Counted from the first letter of the stretch, positions 37,318 to 50,900 are shown. The stretch: DNA of 64,000 nucleotides from Octopus bimaculoides (GCF_001194135.2 NC_068987.1:47654164-47718163), one strand, 5' to 3'. The notes: generated by a model from the letters alone, not told the origin. Numbers and translations are program-made.

Positions 37318-37496
37318 CTTTTATAAACTATTTTCAAATCTTTCCATTCCAGAAAGCTGCACATCTTTGGTTTCCTGGCAAGAACCAAAGTGACAAGCTC
37401 ACGGGTAATCTTCTTCTTTACTTTGTCTGGGTGAGCAACATACCATTTCTGCAATCTTAATTTCCCCTGACGACTAAACAGCAACATAAATTGCAT
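37318..37496 (-). CDS. AP1S2: AP-1 complex subunit sigma-1, coding exon 2 (179 nt, [19 protein letters not shown]...KIVYKR)
   Basis: Translation is unmistakably the AP-1 sigma N-terminus. Acceptor ttctgtttcttttccag|ATG, donor AAAAG|gtatgt, ends in phase 2. Confidence 0.97.
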
Positions 37497-40467
37497 CTGG
37501 AAAAGAAACAGAAAAGGAAAAAAAATAAAGGATATGAGCTGAGCAGAAATCAAAAGATGATCAAACAAAATGTTTTTAAAGATTCTACCTTGCCTTTCTC
37601 CTGAGTTGAACTAAATACCAATATTATATTGAACAATTATGTCCCATCCTGAAAATTTATGGCTGAATTTCATTCCTCACATCAAGGATTATTACTTTAT
37701 CACATTACTTTTCATACTTTTAGAGCTGACAGATTAAACATCAATCAAGTCCTTTTAGGTCCTTTAGTCTCACAAGTCAACTGGTGACCTTATTAGTGCT
37801 AGCACCACTGAAAAAGCACCCAGAACATACTAAAGTTGTGGTCATTAGGAAAGTAATCTAGTCATAGACATGGGAGTCACTGCATCCTGTTGAACAGTCC
37901 TGCCCATGCAAGCAAAGAGAATGGACATTAAATTATGTTAGATCTAGTCATGTAGCTTAGTGCTAATGTCAGGAATCATTAGTGTTAGAACCATCTACTG
38001 AAGATCAAGATTTTGGATTTGTTTGTCCTCCAATCCTAATCTAATATATAAAATCTGTTCTGTCTGTCTCTGCACTTATAACTCAAGTATCGTTTATCTG
38101 ATCGCGCTGAAATTCTAAACATGGATACATGAGAGAGCGGGGCATTCCGTAATCTAAATAGATTTTCAAAATTGTCCATTTCAAAGTGAGAATTGCTATT
38201 TTTGTCCTGCTTCTTCTGCCATTAAAAGCAATGAATTGCTCAGACAGCCAGCAGATACCATTTCACTGGCAACAAGGTGAGTACAGGATGACAGTCAGCC
38301 AAAACCGTCGCTATACTGTCTCTCTTCTTTCCTCTCTCTGTCTCTCTTACGATGTCCGATTCCACTTGAAGTTGTATATATATTGTGTTAAGATTTGTTA
38401 TCAATCAATTATCCTTATTGAGAAGAAACAGTCAAAAGTAACCACCACACACAATCACCAAACATCTCCACTACTTAACCGGCTAAGTTAACCCTCTTCA
38501 CCTTTACAGCTGACATGAAAAACATGGAAAAGGCAACCATTTTAATTAAGCAAAAAAGAGAAAAAATTGATTGCTATTAAAACACGTAAAATTTTGGGGT
38601 TAATAATCTTAATCTTTAGTTACAGTTTCTCATTCAAACTAAATAGGCAGAATTGCCGGATTAAGACAGTAGGGTATTCTGAGGGAGATTTGGCTGCTAT
38701 TTCTACCAGGTCTAGCTACCATGTCTCCCTCATTGGCTCATACATAAAATAGAAATAAAATACTTAAAGCAAAAGGCCTCAAATACAAAAGCCAAGGTCC
38801 ATACAGTGTCCTGGGCCAAAAAAATTTCCAACTTCTTGCCTAATGCAAACCCAGAGCAATCTCTTATCTCTTACACTATTTCAGTATTACATCTCTTTTG
38901 TAATGCGAGATAATACTTTCAGTTTGAAAAAAATCTGTCCTATATATATATATATATATATATGTTCCTTATGCATTCCAAAACCGAGTTACAGATTTTG
39001 ATGAATGGGGTATCAAAAGATTCAGTACTATTTCGGCTACAAATGCAACTTAATTTCCATTCACATATTTGCATTTCAAAAATTTAACATTATAATCTTT
39101 TCCATAAATCAACTATCGTAAACATTTTATACAAAGACGTCACATTTTCTATGTGTGTGTGTACCTTAAAATACATCAATCATCATGACACACACCTTCA
39201 CACACTATCTCTCTTTCTCTCTCTCTCTCACACACGCATACATGTCTATTTTATATAAACACACATAGATCTTTCACTTTCTTTCTGTCCTTTTCATTTT
39301 CTCTTCTTTTAATTTCTGCTCTCTTCAAATAAATTTTTATGGAATGAGCAGGAGAAACACAAAATAAGCCACCACAGCAGAATGGTGTGTCATTCTATTT
39401 GATTAATTTATACTGCATATAAAAATAAAAACATACTATATACATACAACTGCTTACAAAAATAGGGATTAATGTATAATTCCTTTCTATGTTCATAATT
39501 TTTTGTTTACAATATTGAAAAAAGTATGCCACCAAAGAAAAGACGTAATCTCTCCAGAAACAAGTATAAAGTAAGGAAGATCATAGAAAACCAAAGGTGA
39601 GAGTCTGAAGAGAGAAGTGAAATGAGATTTTCTCAAGATCAGCAAATGCATGTTGCAGCACTTAATACTGGATCATTAAATCAATGTTTTAATGATTAGA
39701 CAGAGATCCAATAGAATAGCTCTCAGAAACAGACTACGTACAAATTCGTTCTTCACAACAACTGAAGCTGTTTTCAGATATGATCCATCCCATTCTTATA
39801 AAGATGATAACTGTCCAAATTGGTGTGCTAAACACAAATTGTTGTTTCTGTAGAGCTTTAAAATTTTCAATTGAAACAAATGATATGTGCTGGTCAGGTA
39901 ACATTGCCAGCACTACCAGCTCCTTCTCAACCTCTGATGGATCTTCTAGAAGGCACTTCCATCCAGTCAAAGGATTTTCTGAACAATATCAGATAATACA
40001 AATCTGCATTTCAAATGACATCGTTTGGTACATCTAAGAAGATAGATAAACATGAATTTACGTCGACGTCAAAATTCAAGTCTATCACCTCATTGGTTTC
40101 CTGTTACCCACAAATGAACAACCATAATTCCTCCGAATTTACTTTATGGGTGATGTAGGACAACAAACCCGAAGGAGGTGTTAAAATTTCAGATGATGGG
40201 TTAGGGTTAGACACAGTGCTGAATGCTGCAAAAGAGAGTATATCCACTGACAGCTTTTCAGTGTGTTCAAAAATCCCATAACCCCCACCCCCAATTTTCA
40301 ATGATAGGTTAGGACCTGAAATACTCCAAACGGATGCATAGCAAGTTGCTTAGTTGAATTAGCCCATCATTTACTCCACAAATGTTTTGTTGTCAATACT
40401 GCACTTTCCCATATTACCGATTTCAACATAACTGTAATATATTATATACAGACTATGCTATTATAAT

Positions 40468-40496
40468 CCCGAACAATGCTGGGTATCTCTGCTAGT
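40468..40496 (+). mobile_element. Helitron-like 3' terminus (hairpin + CTAG)
   Basis: cccgaacaatgctggg-tatctctg-CTAGt. The same end occurs inverted at 43372-43400. Confidence 0.5.
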
Positions 40497-42124
40497 ATTT
40501 AGTATAATGGGTTGGACAAAATATTTCTCTGTCTCTCATTTTTATACTGTATGTAATGCCCAGCACTTTCATATTTCACAAAACTACTTTATCTCAAATC
40601 CTCATTTACTGAATTCATAATACTTTCCGACCCAGCAGTCACCCATACTAATATAACTGTCACTCCATCAAACATTAAGCTGTGTCTTTGAAGCGATGTC
40701 ACTTTCTCTTAGATTAGAAAAACAGCTGAGTTAAATTGCATATCAAATATAACTCAACATGTTCCTGTCCAGTCACTGTAGGTCTCTAGTATTCACTACA
40801 TAAATATTTCACAGCAATATAGCACCAAGCTTCTTGCATTGAGTGTAAGCATGTGTGGATGGATAGATGCATACATATGTACACATGTAAGTGTATGTGT
40901 GTTAGAGCAAGGCAGTTTCTTTATCTCTTTCTGTCCTGTGCTAATTATAAAGAGGAGGAAGGGGATAAAGAGGTCTGGATGTTAATTGAACACTAAAATT
41001 TTCAGCAAGTTCACTATTAAACCCAGCATTGCTTTAAGCACTTCGTGCTTGATATCTCACAACCATCACCTCATATTTGCATTAAGCACCACCAGAGATA
41101 CCTATAAATAAAGTCTTAACAGCTCACAAGACAGCTATTTCTCTCTCTGTTCACCAGAATTTACTGTTACACTGCATTCTGTATAATAAACCACATATTT
41201 TATTGTACAGTACAGTTCTCCATTAAGCTGAGGTAAAGTTCATCTGAATGAATCTATGAATTACACCTTACTATGTATCAAGCTGGCTTGAAGTTAGCCA
41301 ACAACTCTAGCACATCTGGACACTTCAAGCCATAATGTCGTACTGGTAAAACTAAATGCACTTATGTAGTGGCATCAAAGTGAAGCTTTATGCTTCGAAA
41401 AGGAAGTTTCAAGAGAACACTGCCTTAATTGGCTATTTCTGAGAAAAAGAACACTGGAAATGGTAGAACATCATAAACTATTGCTTTAGACACAGGCCAC
41501 TCTCATATTCTCTCCACTCCACCCCTACACTCGTCACCAAATGTAGCATAAGTGACTACATAATGGTCAAAAAGTAAAGCCAATGCCTTCTTCCTGGTCT
41601 TTGCTGAGGAGTGCTATGTACCAAATGCTGATGACCATCCATCAACAACCAGATAACCTCTTCATAAAACCCTAGAATGTGTTTTGAAAACAACGGACGA
41701 AAATGATATAAGAACTCAAAACTTAACAAGGTTACAAATCCTGATAAAATTCCAACCAAAGTTCTGCTCTGATGCTGTGTAACCTATTTCACTTCTTGAC
41801 GTTTACAAACCAGTGGAAAACTGTTATGTGTCAAAAGGCAGATGAATTCAGTAGAATGACCTTCTAACAGCTAAGAATTAGAGACCCTTGTCTTTTTGAC
41901 ATCTTACTAAGAGAAGGAAAACTAGTTACTACCTGAAATTTCACTTGTATCTAGTGATGTAGATTAGTCCTTTCTGACAAAACGCATACATTGTTTTCAG
42001 AGGATTGGCTCTGTATAAGGTCTTTCTTTATCTTAAAAAGCTTCAGGCACAGGTATTACTTAATTTTTAACATTTATTATGTGTTGTACACTATGGCTGA
42101 CCCTAATCTTTTTTTTTGTTCTAC

Positions 42125-42316
42125 TCCAGGCACAGGGCCTCAAATATTTGGGGAAAGGGGTCAGTTGATTAGATCAACCCAGTATGCAACTGGTACTTAA
42201 TTTATCGACCCCGAAAAGATGAAAGGCAAAGTTGACCTCGGTGGAATTTGAACTCAGAATGTAAAGACAGACGAAATACCGTTAAGCATTTCGCCTAGTG
42301 TGCCACCTTATGGCTG
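42125..42316 (-). mobile_element. tRNA-derived SINE family B
   Basis: actggtacttaatttatcgaccccgaaaagatgaaaggcaaagttgacctcggtggaatttgaactcagaa...aagcatttcgcc, the reverse complement of the 15144 copy. Confidence 0.85.
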
Positions 42317-42469
42317 GCCCTAATCAAGAAAAGTAAAACAATTAGTGAAAAACCCCATGATGAAATGAATGCAAGTGTCAGCATTGATGGTAGGCTCTCT
42401 GAACACCAGCTGCAAGAGGCACTCATTGTTGCTGCATCTATGCAAAAGAGTGTAGTTCCGTAGCAAGAC

Positions 42470-43350
42470 CATGTACAGAGGCACAGTCAGCTAAAAGAGG
42501 GTTAGTGATAAGCATAGTAATATATTTAATGTGAAGGTGGGGGTACACCAAGGCTCAGTTCTTGGGTCTATTCTATTCATTATAATCCTCCAAGCCATAG
42601 CAAAAGGATTTAAGAATAGCTGCCCATGGGAGCTGCTTTATGTTGAGGCCTAGCTCTTAAAGTTGAATTTGTAGTAGGAATAGTAAAGAGATTCCAAATA
42701 TGGAGACAAAATCTGGAATCAAGAGGCTTCAAAGTGAATTTAGAAAAAACTAAAGTATTAGTAAGCAGGAAAGAAGACCAGACTCTGCTTCTACCATAAT
42801 AGTCTTTCTCAATATACAGAAAAGAGTAGGAAGGAATTCTATAGAGCACCCAGTGTGAACTAGGGACACACAAGAAGTGTAGTAGGATCACAGACAGGTT
42901 AATAGAGAAAGTAAATTTCATGTGTGTTAAGTGCAATGTAGATGCCTTTCAATGCCCAGGCAATTCTCTAGCAGTCAACAACTTCTGTTCTTTAACAGGC
43001 TTAATTAGTAGAAGGGATGGGTGCTCTAAGAGTATAGCAGCCAGAGTATGAACAGGGTGGAAAAAAATTTGAGAAGTTACTGCCTCTGCTAGCAACAAAG
43101 GGATTTTCCCTCAGAGCAAAGAGTAAATTGTATGATGCCCATGTGTGAAGTGCGATGCTACATGGTAGTGAGATATGGGTCTTGAAAGATCTGCAAAATC
43201 AAGAAAGAAATAAAGTAAGCATGCTCTGCTGGATGTGCAATACCAGTGTGCATGAATGACAGCACAAATGAGCTTATAGAATAAACATGACAAGAATCAA
43301 GTGTGTGTAAGAGAAGACTACATTGATATGAATATGTAACGCATATGGAG
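42470..43350 (+). mobile_element. RTE-clade LINE fragment (RT C-terminal half), decayed
   Basis: caaggctcagttcttgggtctattctattcattataatcctccaagcc...tgcccatgggagctgctttatg (QGSVL...CPWELLY), homologous to the other RTE copies. Confidence 0.8.
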
Positions 43351-43371
43351 GATGACACTTTTATAAAGTAA

Positions 43372-43405
43372 ACTAGCAGAGATACCCGGCCTTGCTCAGG
43401 ATTAA
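43372..43405 (-). mobile_element. Helitron-like 3' terminus (hairpin + CTAG)
   Basis: Minus strand reads cctgagcaaggccggg-tatctctg-CTAGt. Confidence 0.5.
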
Positions 43406-43429
43406 AATGGCATAGATTTTTATTGCTTT

Positions 43430-43708
43430 ACTTGTTTCAGTCATGTGACTGTGGTCATGGTGGAGTACCGTCGTTGGTCGAAGAAATCAACCACAGGATT
43501 TATTCTTTGTAAGCCTAGTACTCATTCTGTCAGTGTCTTTTACCAAACCGCTAAGTTACAGGAATGTAAACACAGCAACATCAGTTGTCAAGGAATGGTG
43601 GGGGTGCAAACACAAGACACAGACACACACATATATACGACAGTCTTCTTTCAGTTTCCGAGTACGAAATCCACTCACAAGATCTTGGTCAGCCTGAGGC
43701 TATAGTAA

Positions 43709-43712
<4 letters not shown>
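43430..43712 (-). mobile_element. tRNA-derived SINE family A, 3' portion
   Basis: cttgtttcagtcatgtgactgtggtcatgg...aagcctagtactcattct...tctttcagtttccgagtacgaaatccactcacaag. Confidence 0.85.
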
Positions 43713-43748
<36 letters not shown>

Positions 43749-44310
43749 NNNNNNNNNNNNNNNNNNNNNNNNNNNNNNNNNNNNNNNNNNNNNNNNNNNN
43801 NNNNNNNNNNNNNNNNNNNNNNNNNNNNNNNNNNNNNNNNNNNNNNNNNNNNNNNNNNNNNNNNNNNNNNNNNNNNNNNNNNNNNNNNNNNNNNNNNNNN
43901 NNNNNNNNNNNNNNNNNNNNNNNNNNNNNNNNNNNNNNNNNNNNNNNNNNNNNNNNNNNNNNNNNNNNNNNNNNNNNNNNNNNNNNNNNNNNNNNNNNNN
44001 NNNNNNNNNNNNNNNNNNNNNNNNNNNNNNNNNNNNNNNNNNNNNNNNNNNNNNNNNNNNNNNNNNNNNNNNNNNNNNNNNNNNNNNNNNNNNNNNNNNN
44101 NNNNNNNNNNNNNNNNNNNNNNNNNNNNNNNNNNNNNNNNNNNNNNNNNNNNNNNNNNNNNNNNNNNNNNNNNNNNNNNNNNNNNNNNNNNNNNNNNNNN
44201 NNNNNNNNNNNNNNNNNNNNNNNNNNNNNNNNNNNNNNNNNNNNNNNNNNNNNNNNNNNNNNNNNNNNNNNNNNNNNNNNNNNNNNNNNNNNNNNNNNNN
44301 NNNNNNNNNA
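43749..44310. other. assembly gap (others at 7756-8026, 16516-16525, 45374-45487, 47398-47497, 53669-53678)
   Basis: Runs of N; two of the six (7756-8026, 43749-44310) abut (AT)n tracts. Confidence 1.
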
Positions 44311-46897
44311 CATGATTGTGTTATACGGCGTCGTATAAGAAAACCATTTGCACTGAAAGCACATCTATAAATATATATATATATATATAATTCGAAAACA
44401 TGAACAGTTTCGTAACATTGTTTACAAAATAATAGCTGATTGTTTGCAAAGGATCGTATCTACAGTGAACACTTAGGATTTTTGCTCTGGTAACTTCTGC
44501 TCTCTCACATGTTCATGCACGACCAGCTATATGCCGCTATGAGTAGAGCAACGGATTCACCAAATTTGGAAATTAGTTGTGGAGAAACGGAGAATATCAT
44601 TTATATTGTGTATCACTCACTAAAAAGACGAAATTTAAAAAATCTGTTATCTCTCTCCCTCTCTTTACACCGTTGCTAGAAGGGGACTTAACATGCTCAG
44701 ACTTGAAAATTGTTAGAAGTCATGGTTTAAAATTATTTTTAATACAAAAATTCAAGTCTTAGGAAGCCATAAAAAAAATAATAAATGGCTGATTCCGGGC
44801 GTTTTCGACCATGAGGAATCCATTGGTGCGACTCCCAGATTGCTATCTTGTAAGGTGTGGATTTCTATAGAGGCAACACACGCACACACTCACAAACTCA
44901 GCTTCACAATATGTATAGATGAAACTGTGGAAGACTTGGAACAAAGTGGTGAAGACAGATATGAAGTTCTTACAACAGGAAATAACATAATTGCACAGAC
45001 GGGTGCTATGTTGTGTTGGACAAGACCTGTTTATCTTTCCCTACTCTTATCAATCATACTGTATTATGCAGTCCATACAAGATAGTAGTGGTTCTCTTCT
45101 TTTTGCCACACAAAAAGCACTCTCTTGTACTTGCCCTTTGTTGCTTATCTTCAGTCTTCCCCATCATTGCATTCTTTTATCCTTGCACTTCTCTCGATTG
45201 CTCCCTCCTCAATTCTCACTGTACTGGGGCTCTGGGGTGACTGAGGATGATAGTGGATCTATTTTCTTCACTGCACTTTACTTTCAGTCAGGATACCATT
45301 CCATTTATTCCGACCCTCTCCTCATCACACTTTTATGTACAGACTCCACCTATTTGCCATTACATCATTCATCNNNNNNNNNNNNNNNNNNNNNNNNNNN
45401 NNNNNNNNNNNNNNNNNNNNNNNNNNNNNNNNNNNNNNNNNNNNNNNNNNNNNNNNNNNNNNNNNNNNNNNNNNNNNNNNNNNNNNNCTCATCACACTTT
45501 TATGTACAGACTCCACCTATTTGCCATTACATCATTCATCACTCTGGCTTATCTCATCACCTATATGTTAGCGGCTACACTGGACCACTTGTACATAGTT
45601 CACAATCTTCACTTCCTTTCCTGTAACTGCCTGCCATCACTTCATGTCACCATCAACACACATTTTTTTCTCCCATCACTCTGTAAAGAGGCAATTGAGT
45701 GAGCAGAGACATAGGGTTGTGAGATTCCTCTAGTTGTGACAAAGACATGGCTACCTCTCTAGAGTTGATATTGTGAAAAACATACCCAGTACACTCTGTA
45801 AAGTGGTTGGTGTTAGGAAGAGTATCTAGCCATAGAACCCAAGCCAAAATGACATCAATAAAATGAAGTTCCTCTGTCCCAACCCATCTGGGTGAGCAAC
45901 ATTATCCAACATGGACAGTTGACGTAAAATGATGATGCATATATTCTTTATGCTGTTACATTTGGGAAATCTCTCATAATGCTGTGTCATGAATTTCTGT
46001 CCCCCATTAGCTTTGGTTGATTCTCCATTTCAGGTTGTGTGTGTGTGACCCAACAACTATATGGTCTAAGTGGTCTTTGTCCTCTATTAGAATGTGTAAG
46101 TCTCCAAAATACACACACACCCATCATCTCTTCTATTGACTAGGCCTTCCATAATTGAGAAGCGTTTGACTCATGCAAACTGAATATTTCCCTCCCTCAT
46201 ACCTATCACCTTTACCCTGCCAAATCATGATGCTTGAGTGGTGAGATTACATTCTGAAAATCCTTATACATCCTGCTTGATTCTTCTGTCCCTATGCACT
46301 CTTTGACATGTTGAGGATAAGTTTTGGCTCCCAATCACACAACACTCTACACACTCATATATATATTTATATGCAAAAGATTTGTTAATGTTTGAGAATG
46401 TTGTGGCCAAAATTAGTGAGTGAGTTTGGCACTTGTCAAACTAATCACAGGCCAAAGACTAGTTTGATAAGTGCCAACGCATGAAACTCTTGAACCTTGA
46501 GCCACTCTGTTACTTTTGCTAAATATTAATAAAGATATACATCTAATATAATAACTGTGAAAGCTAATTTCTGTGTATCAGTGTGTCACACTTAGACCCC
46601 TGCCCTCTCTCACTATTCAGTGACACTTCTACTGTTCTTCATGATAGGGTGAGAGTAATAGTAGGCATAGAGACTGTGAGGGTGGTGGCAGAGAGAGAGA
46701 GAGAGAGAGAGAGACAAAGAAAAAGAGAGTTGTTTTAAAAGTAGTCGTGTTGATGGTGGCAGTGGGAGTAATAATAAAAGAGAAAGAGTGGGTATGTGAG
46801 AAAACGAGGAAGGTGATGTACAACTTTGTTTAACCACTGAACACTATCATTTTTGTTTTATTTTTGCTTTCTTTAATATATCAATATACACACACAC

Positions 46898-46947
<50 letters not shown>

Positions 46948-47039
46948 AACACTTTAATTGAAATAAAGTTTCCCAAAAATTAAACATATCTAATATGATA
47001 AATGTGTATGTCAGTGTGTCACACTCTTTCAACTTTAAT

Positions 47040-47200
47040 AAATCCTTTCTACTGGAAGTACAAGGCCTCAAATTTTTGGGGAAGGGATTAAATCAATTAC
47101 ATCGACCCCAGTACGTAACTGGTACTAATTTTATCGACCCTGAAAGGATGAAAGGCAAAGTCGATTTTTGCTGAATTCAAACTCAAAACCTAATGGAAGA
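47040..47200 (-). mobile_element. tRNA-derived SINE family B fragment
   Basis: atcgaccccagtacgtaactggtactaattttatcgaccctgaaaggatgaaaggcaaagtcga. Confidence 0.8.
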
Positions 47201-47202
47201 CA

Positions 47203-47397
47203 AAATACCGCTAATTTATGGGACTCTGTAGAAAATCTCCAGCTTTGTGAAGGGTGGGTTTTACAACAGGATAACGACCCTAAGCACATGGCGAAGTCTA
47301 CCAAAAAATGGATTGTTAATCACAATATAAAATTATTAGAATGGCCGAGCCAGTCACCTGACTTGAACCCCATTGAAAATTTGTGGCGCTATTTGAA
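47203..47397 (+). mobile_element. Tc1 (DD34E-type) transposase fragment, cut by assembly gap
   Basis: [19 protein letters not shown]...[17 protein letters not shown], read without stops. Confidence 0.9.
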
Positions 47398-47497
47398 NNN
47401 NNNNNNNNNNNNNNNNNNNNNNNNNNNNNNNNNNNNNNNNNNNNNNNNNNNNNNNNNNNNNNNNNNNNNNNNNNNNNNNNNNNNNNNNNNNNNNNNN

Positions 47498-48480
47498 TTC
47501 TACCTACGCCTTTTCTACAGATCGAGCAGAGTCATCTACCTGAAGGGGTTTGCGTGTTGTCTACCTTCCTACTTATTAGGACTTTGGTTTTAGCTAGGTT
47601 GACTCTAAGGCCCTTCGATTCTAGTCCTTGCTTCCACACCCGAAACTTCTCCTCTAGTTCTGATAGTGACTCAGCAATTAGTGCAAGGTCATCAGCATAG
47701 AGGAGCTCCCAGGGGCATCCTGTCTTGAATTCGTCTGTTATCGCCTGGATGACTATGATAAATAGGAGGGGGCTGAGGACTGAACCTTGGTGGACCCCTA
47801 CCTCTACCCGGAATTCTTCACTGTACTTGTTGCCAACCTTCACCTTACTGACAGCGTCCCTGTACACAGCTTGCACCACTCTCACTAACCATTCTTCTAT
47901 CCCTAGTTTCCTCATTGACCACCAGATAAGGGATCGGGGGACCCTGTCAAAGGCTTTCTCCATGTCAACGAAAGCCAGGTACAGAGGTTTATCTTTGGCT
48001 AGGTATTTCTCCTGCAGCTGCCTTACCAGAAATATAGCATCAGTGGTACTTTTCCCTGGCACAAACCCAAACTACATCTCATCTAAACTGACTCTCTCCC
48101 TAATTAGTTGGGCTATGACCCTCTCCGTGACTTTCATTACCTGATCTAACAACTTGATACCTCTGTAATTATTTGTGTCTAAAGCGTCACCTTTACCTTT
48201 GTAGCAGCTGACTATGGTGCTGCTACACCAGTCATTGGGTATGACTCCTTCATGTATCACCTGGTTAACAATACGGATGACTAGGCTATAGCCGACACTG
48301 CCAGATATTTTGAGCATCTCTGCAGTGATTCCTGAAGGGCCAGGGGCTTTCCCTGTCTTCATACTCTTAATAGCTTTATCTACCATGGTACTGTCAACTC
48401 GAATCACTGGTCCCTCTGTTGGATTGACATTCGACAGACTCTCTTTCTCCCATTCATTCTCTTTATTGAGCAGAACTTGC
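47498..48480 (-). mobile_element. RTE-clade LINE, well-preserved RT segment
   Basis: KAPGPSGITAEMLK, NYRGIKLLDQVMKV, AFVDMEKAFDRV, GVHQGSVLSPLLF, LLYADDLAL. Only one in-frame stop (about 48072). Confidence 0.95.
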
Positions 48481-50380
48481 AGAAGATGGTTTGTAAAATT
48501 CAGAAGTGGAGATTTCAGCCTTGAAGATGGAAGATTGTCCAGTTGAATTTGATAAGCTCCTTGAGGCATTACTTGAAGAAAATCCTCCATTATCAGTTGA
48601 AGAATTGGCAATAAAGCTTAGTTCAAACCATTGAAACAGAGTAGCAAGAAGCAGGACTTGAGATGTTTCCTTAATCTTGCCAGCAGCAAAGTAACCTCTA
48701 TAGTGCTAGTGCCATGAAAAAATACACTCGGTATACTCTGTGAAGTGGCTGATTTTTAGAAAGAGCCTACAGTTGTAGAAACCATGCTAAAACTGAGATA
48801 TAGGAGACATTGAGGCAACCTTGTATTTGTTTCTAGACTACAAAATTTTTGAGACTCTGAAATTTTTGACTAACGCCAGTATAATAGGATACAACCCTTT
48901 GTATCCTCTTGAACAATTCCAGCATGAACGAAATGTAAAATAATGAAGCTGACAATATATATCACATAAATATCACCTGAGACACTGAACCTACAGTAAC
49001 ACATTTAGGCTCAATATTGGTTGACAAGATTGTGTTATTCCACTAACTGCAATAATCAGTTCTTTTTTTTTTACACCTAACTATGCCAACTCAATTATCA
49101 TAAGTATTCAAATATAATACACACACAACAATATACAATAGATTTGCCTTGATTCTGGCAATGAGTCTTCCAGTAGTTTGATTAAGTGAATTAACTACTC
49201 ATTGAATTAGCATATATCTGGCTGAGTATTTTACAGACACGTATATCCTTATCCTTATAATTCCCATGCAGAATCAGCATGACAACACTGGATGTTGAAA
49301 TGTGAAATCCATCAGATATGCTTCTACCTAGGCAGTCTCATGCATAAGACTTGGACCAACCCACATCTATGGTAAAAGACACTTGCCCAAGATGGTACAC
49401 AGCGGGATTAAACCCAGGACATTATGATTGTGAAGTCAACTTCTTAACTTAGTCTTACCAGTGCGCACTCAGAATGATATATACAGGTCATTGTCAACTT
49501 ATGACCAATCAAGCTTACAATGATTGGCATGCCAGCTCCCAGCAGCAACAATAACTAGTCCAGTTGAAATCTAATGGGTTTAGCTTCTTAGAAATTAACC
49601 CGCCTACAGATGATAAATGTTTCCCCTAGGTTTGGTTTTTGACTATCCTGTCGTGGAGACATCGAAACAACCTTGTATTTATTTCTAGACTCCAAAATTT
49701 TTGACTAATGCCAGTATAATGGTATAATACAGAATGCTGTGTGTGACTTTTACCTGAGAATGTACCTTAAGAATGTAAAACAAAGCTATGTAAGCCTATA
49801 GGCTGACTTACGACCAGTCAGTCGGAACCACTTGCGGTCGTAAGTCAACAACGACCTGTACATGGGAAATAGGTGCAGATGGCTGTGTCACAATATATGG
49901 ATTCAAGTAAGCCGGTAGTACTCATAAGTGTATAAATAGGGGTGTTTACTGAGTTTCATGAAGCAATAATTCTTACTGGTTTGGCCAAAGGTTGCCTTTT
50001 ATCATGCAAAATATGTCAGCAGTTCTTTCTGGAACATAAAACACATTCAGATACAAAAAACAGAGAACATATGCACAAACACACAAAGACAGTCACATGT
50101 CTAACAAGTCACAGAGACACCCATACATAAAACAACAAAGTTCACTAGATCTACTTGAAGTGGCAATCAGCTTTATCTCAAATCACACCCTATTGTCTAA
50201 AAATTCAAGGTTGCTTATAGATCTACTCACAGCAGACTTATAATTAAACTTGTCTAATTGCATAGCTAATCAGTCTTGCAACTCACTGTATATGTGAGGC
50301 CATTCCATACACATGTTTAGCACACATTTTCTTTCAGCCCTATAATTGATATTCATAATGTAGCTATATTCTAACAATAT

Positions 50381-50430
<50 letters not shown>

Positions 50431-50530
50431 ATCACAATGAGAACATTTAAACCTCTTACAGGGATATTAATCCATGAATACACTGGTTTAATATATATTT
50501 TGAAGAGATATTTCTTCAATGAATATATTA

Positions 50531-50866
50531 TATAAAATATCAAATATTATCAAATCAGGAAACAGAGAGACCTAATGGATACAAATTTATTAATCAACAT
50601 ATTCACCTACAACTGTTTCATTTCACAAACAAAATTAAAACTATAAAACATACATAAATATATAATTTTTCATTTTAAAAACCTTGTATGGAAAATCATT
50701 AGGGTGATTATATCAGGATACATTTGGAATCCTCAGAATATATTTTGTGTAATTTTAATTTTTGCTTGTGAAATGGAACAACTGTAGGTGAATATATTGA
50801 TTAATTAATAAATTTTTATCCATTAGATATGTTTTCTAACTCAATAATAATGTTTGATATTATAAA
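50531..50866. mobile_element. foldback/MITE-like element with about 110-bp inverted arms
   Basis: ctaatggatacaaatttattaatcaacatattcacctacaactgtttcatttcacaaac (50572-50630) is the imperfect reverse complement of 50762-50826. Confidence 0.7.
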
Positions 50867-50900
50867 TGTGTGTGTGCGTGTGTGTTACAGCCAATATAAA

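Noticed and set aside
43585-44370. 261-aa and 229-aa ORFs
   Set aside because: Consist mostly of N-gap codons.
45323-45540. About 50-bp direct repeat flanking the 45374-45487 gap
   Set aside because: Same contig-overlap pattern; cannot be called a real repeat without long reads.
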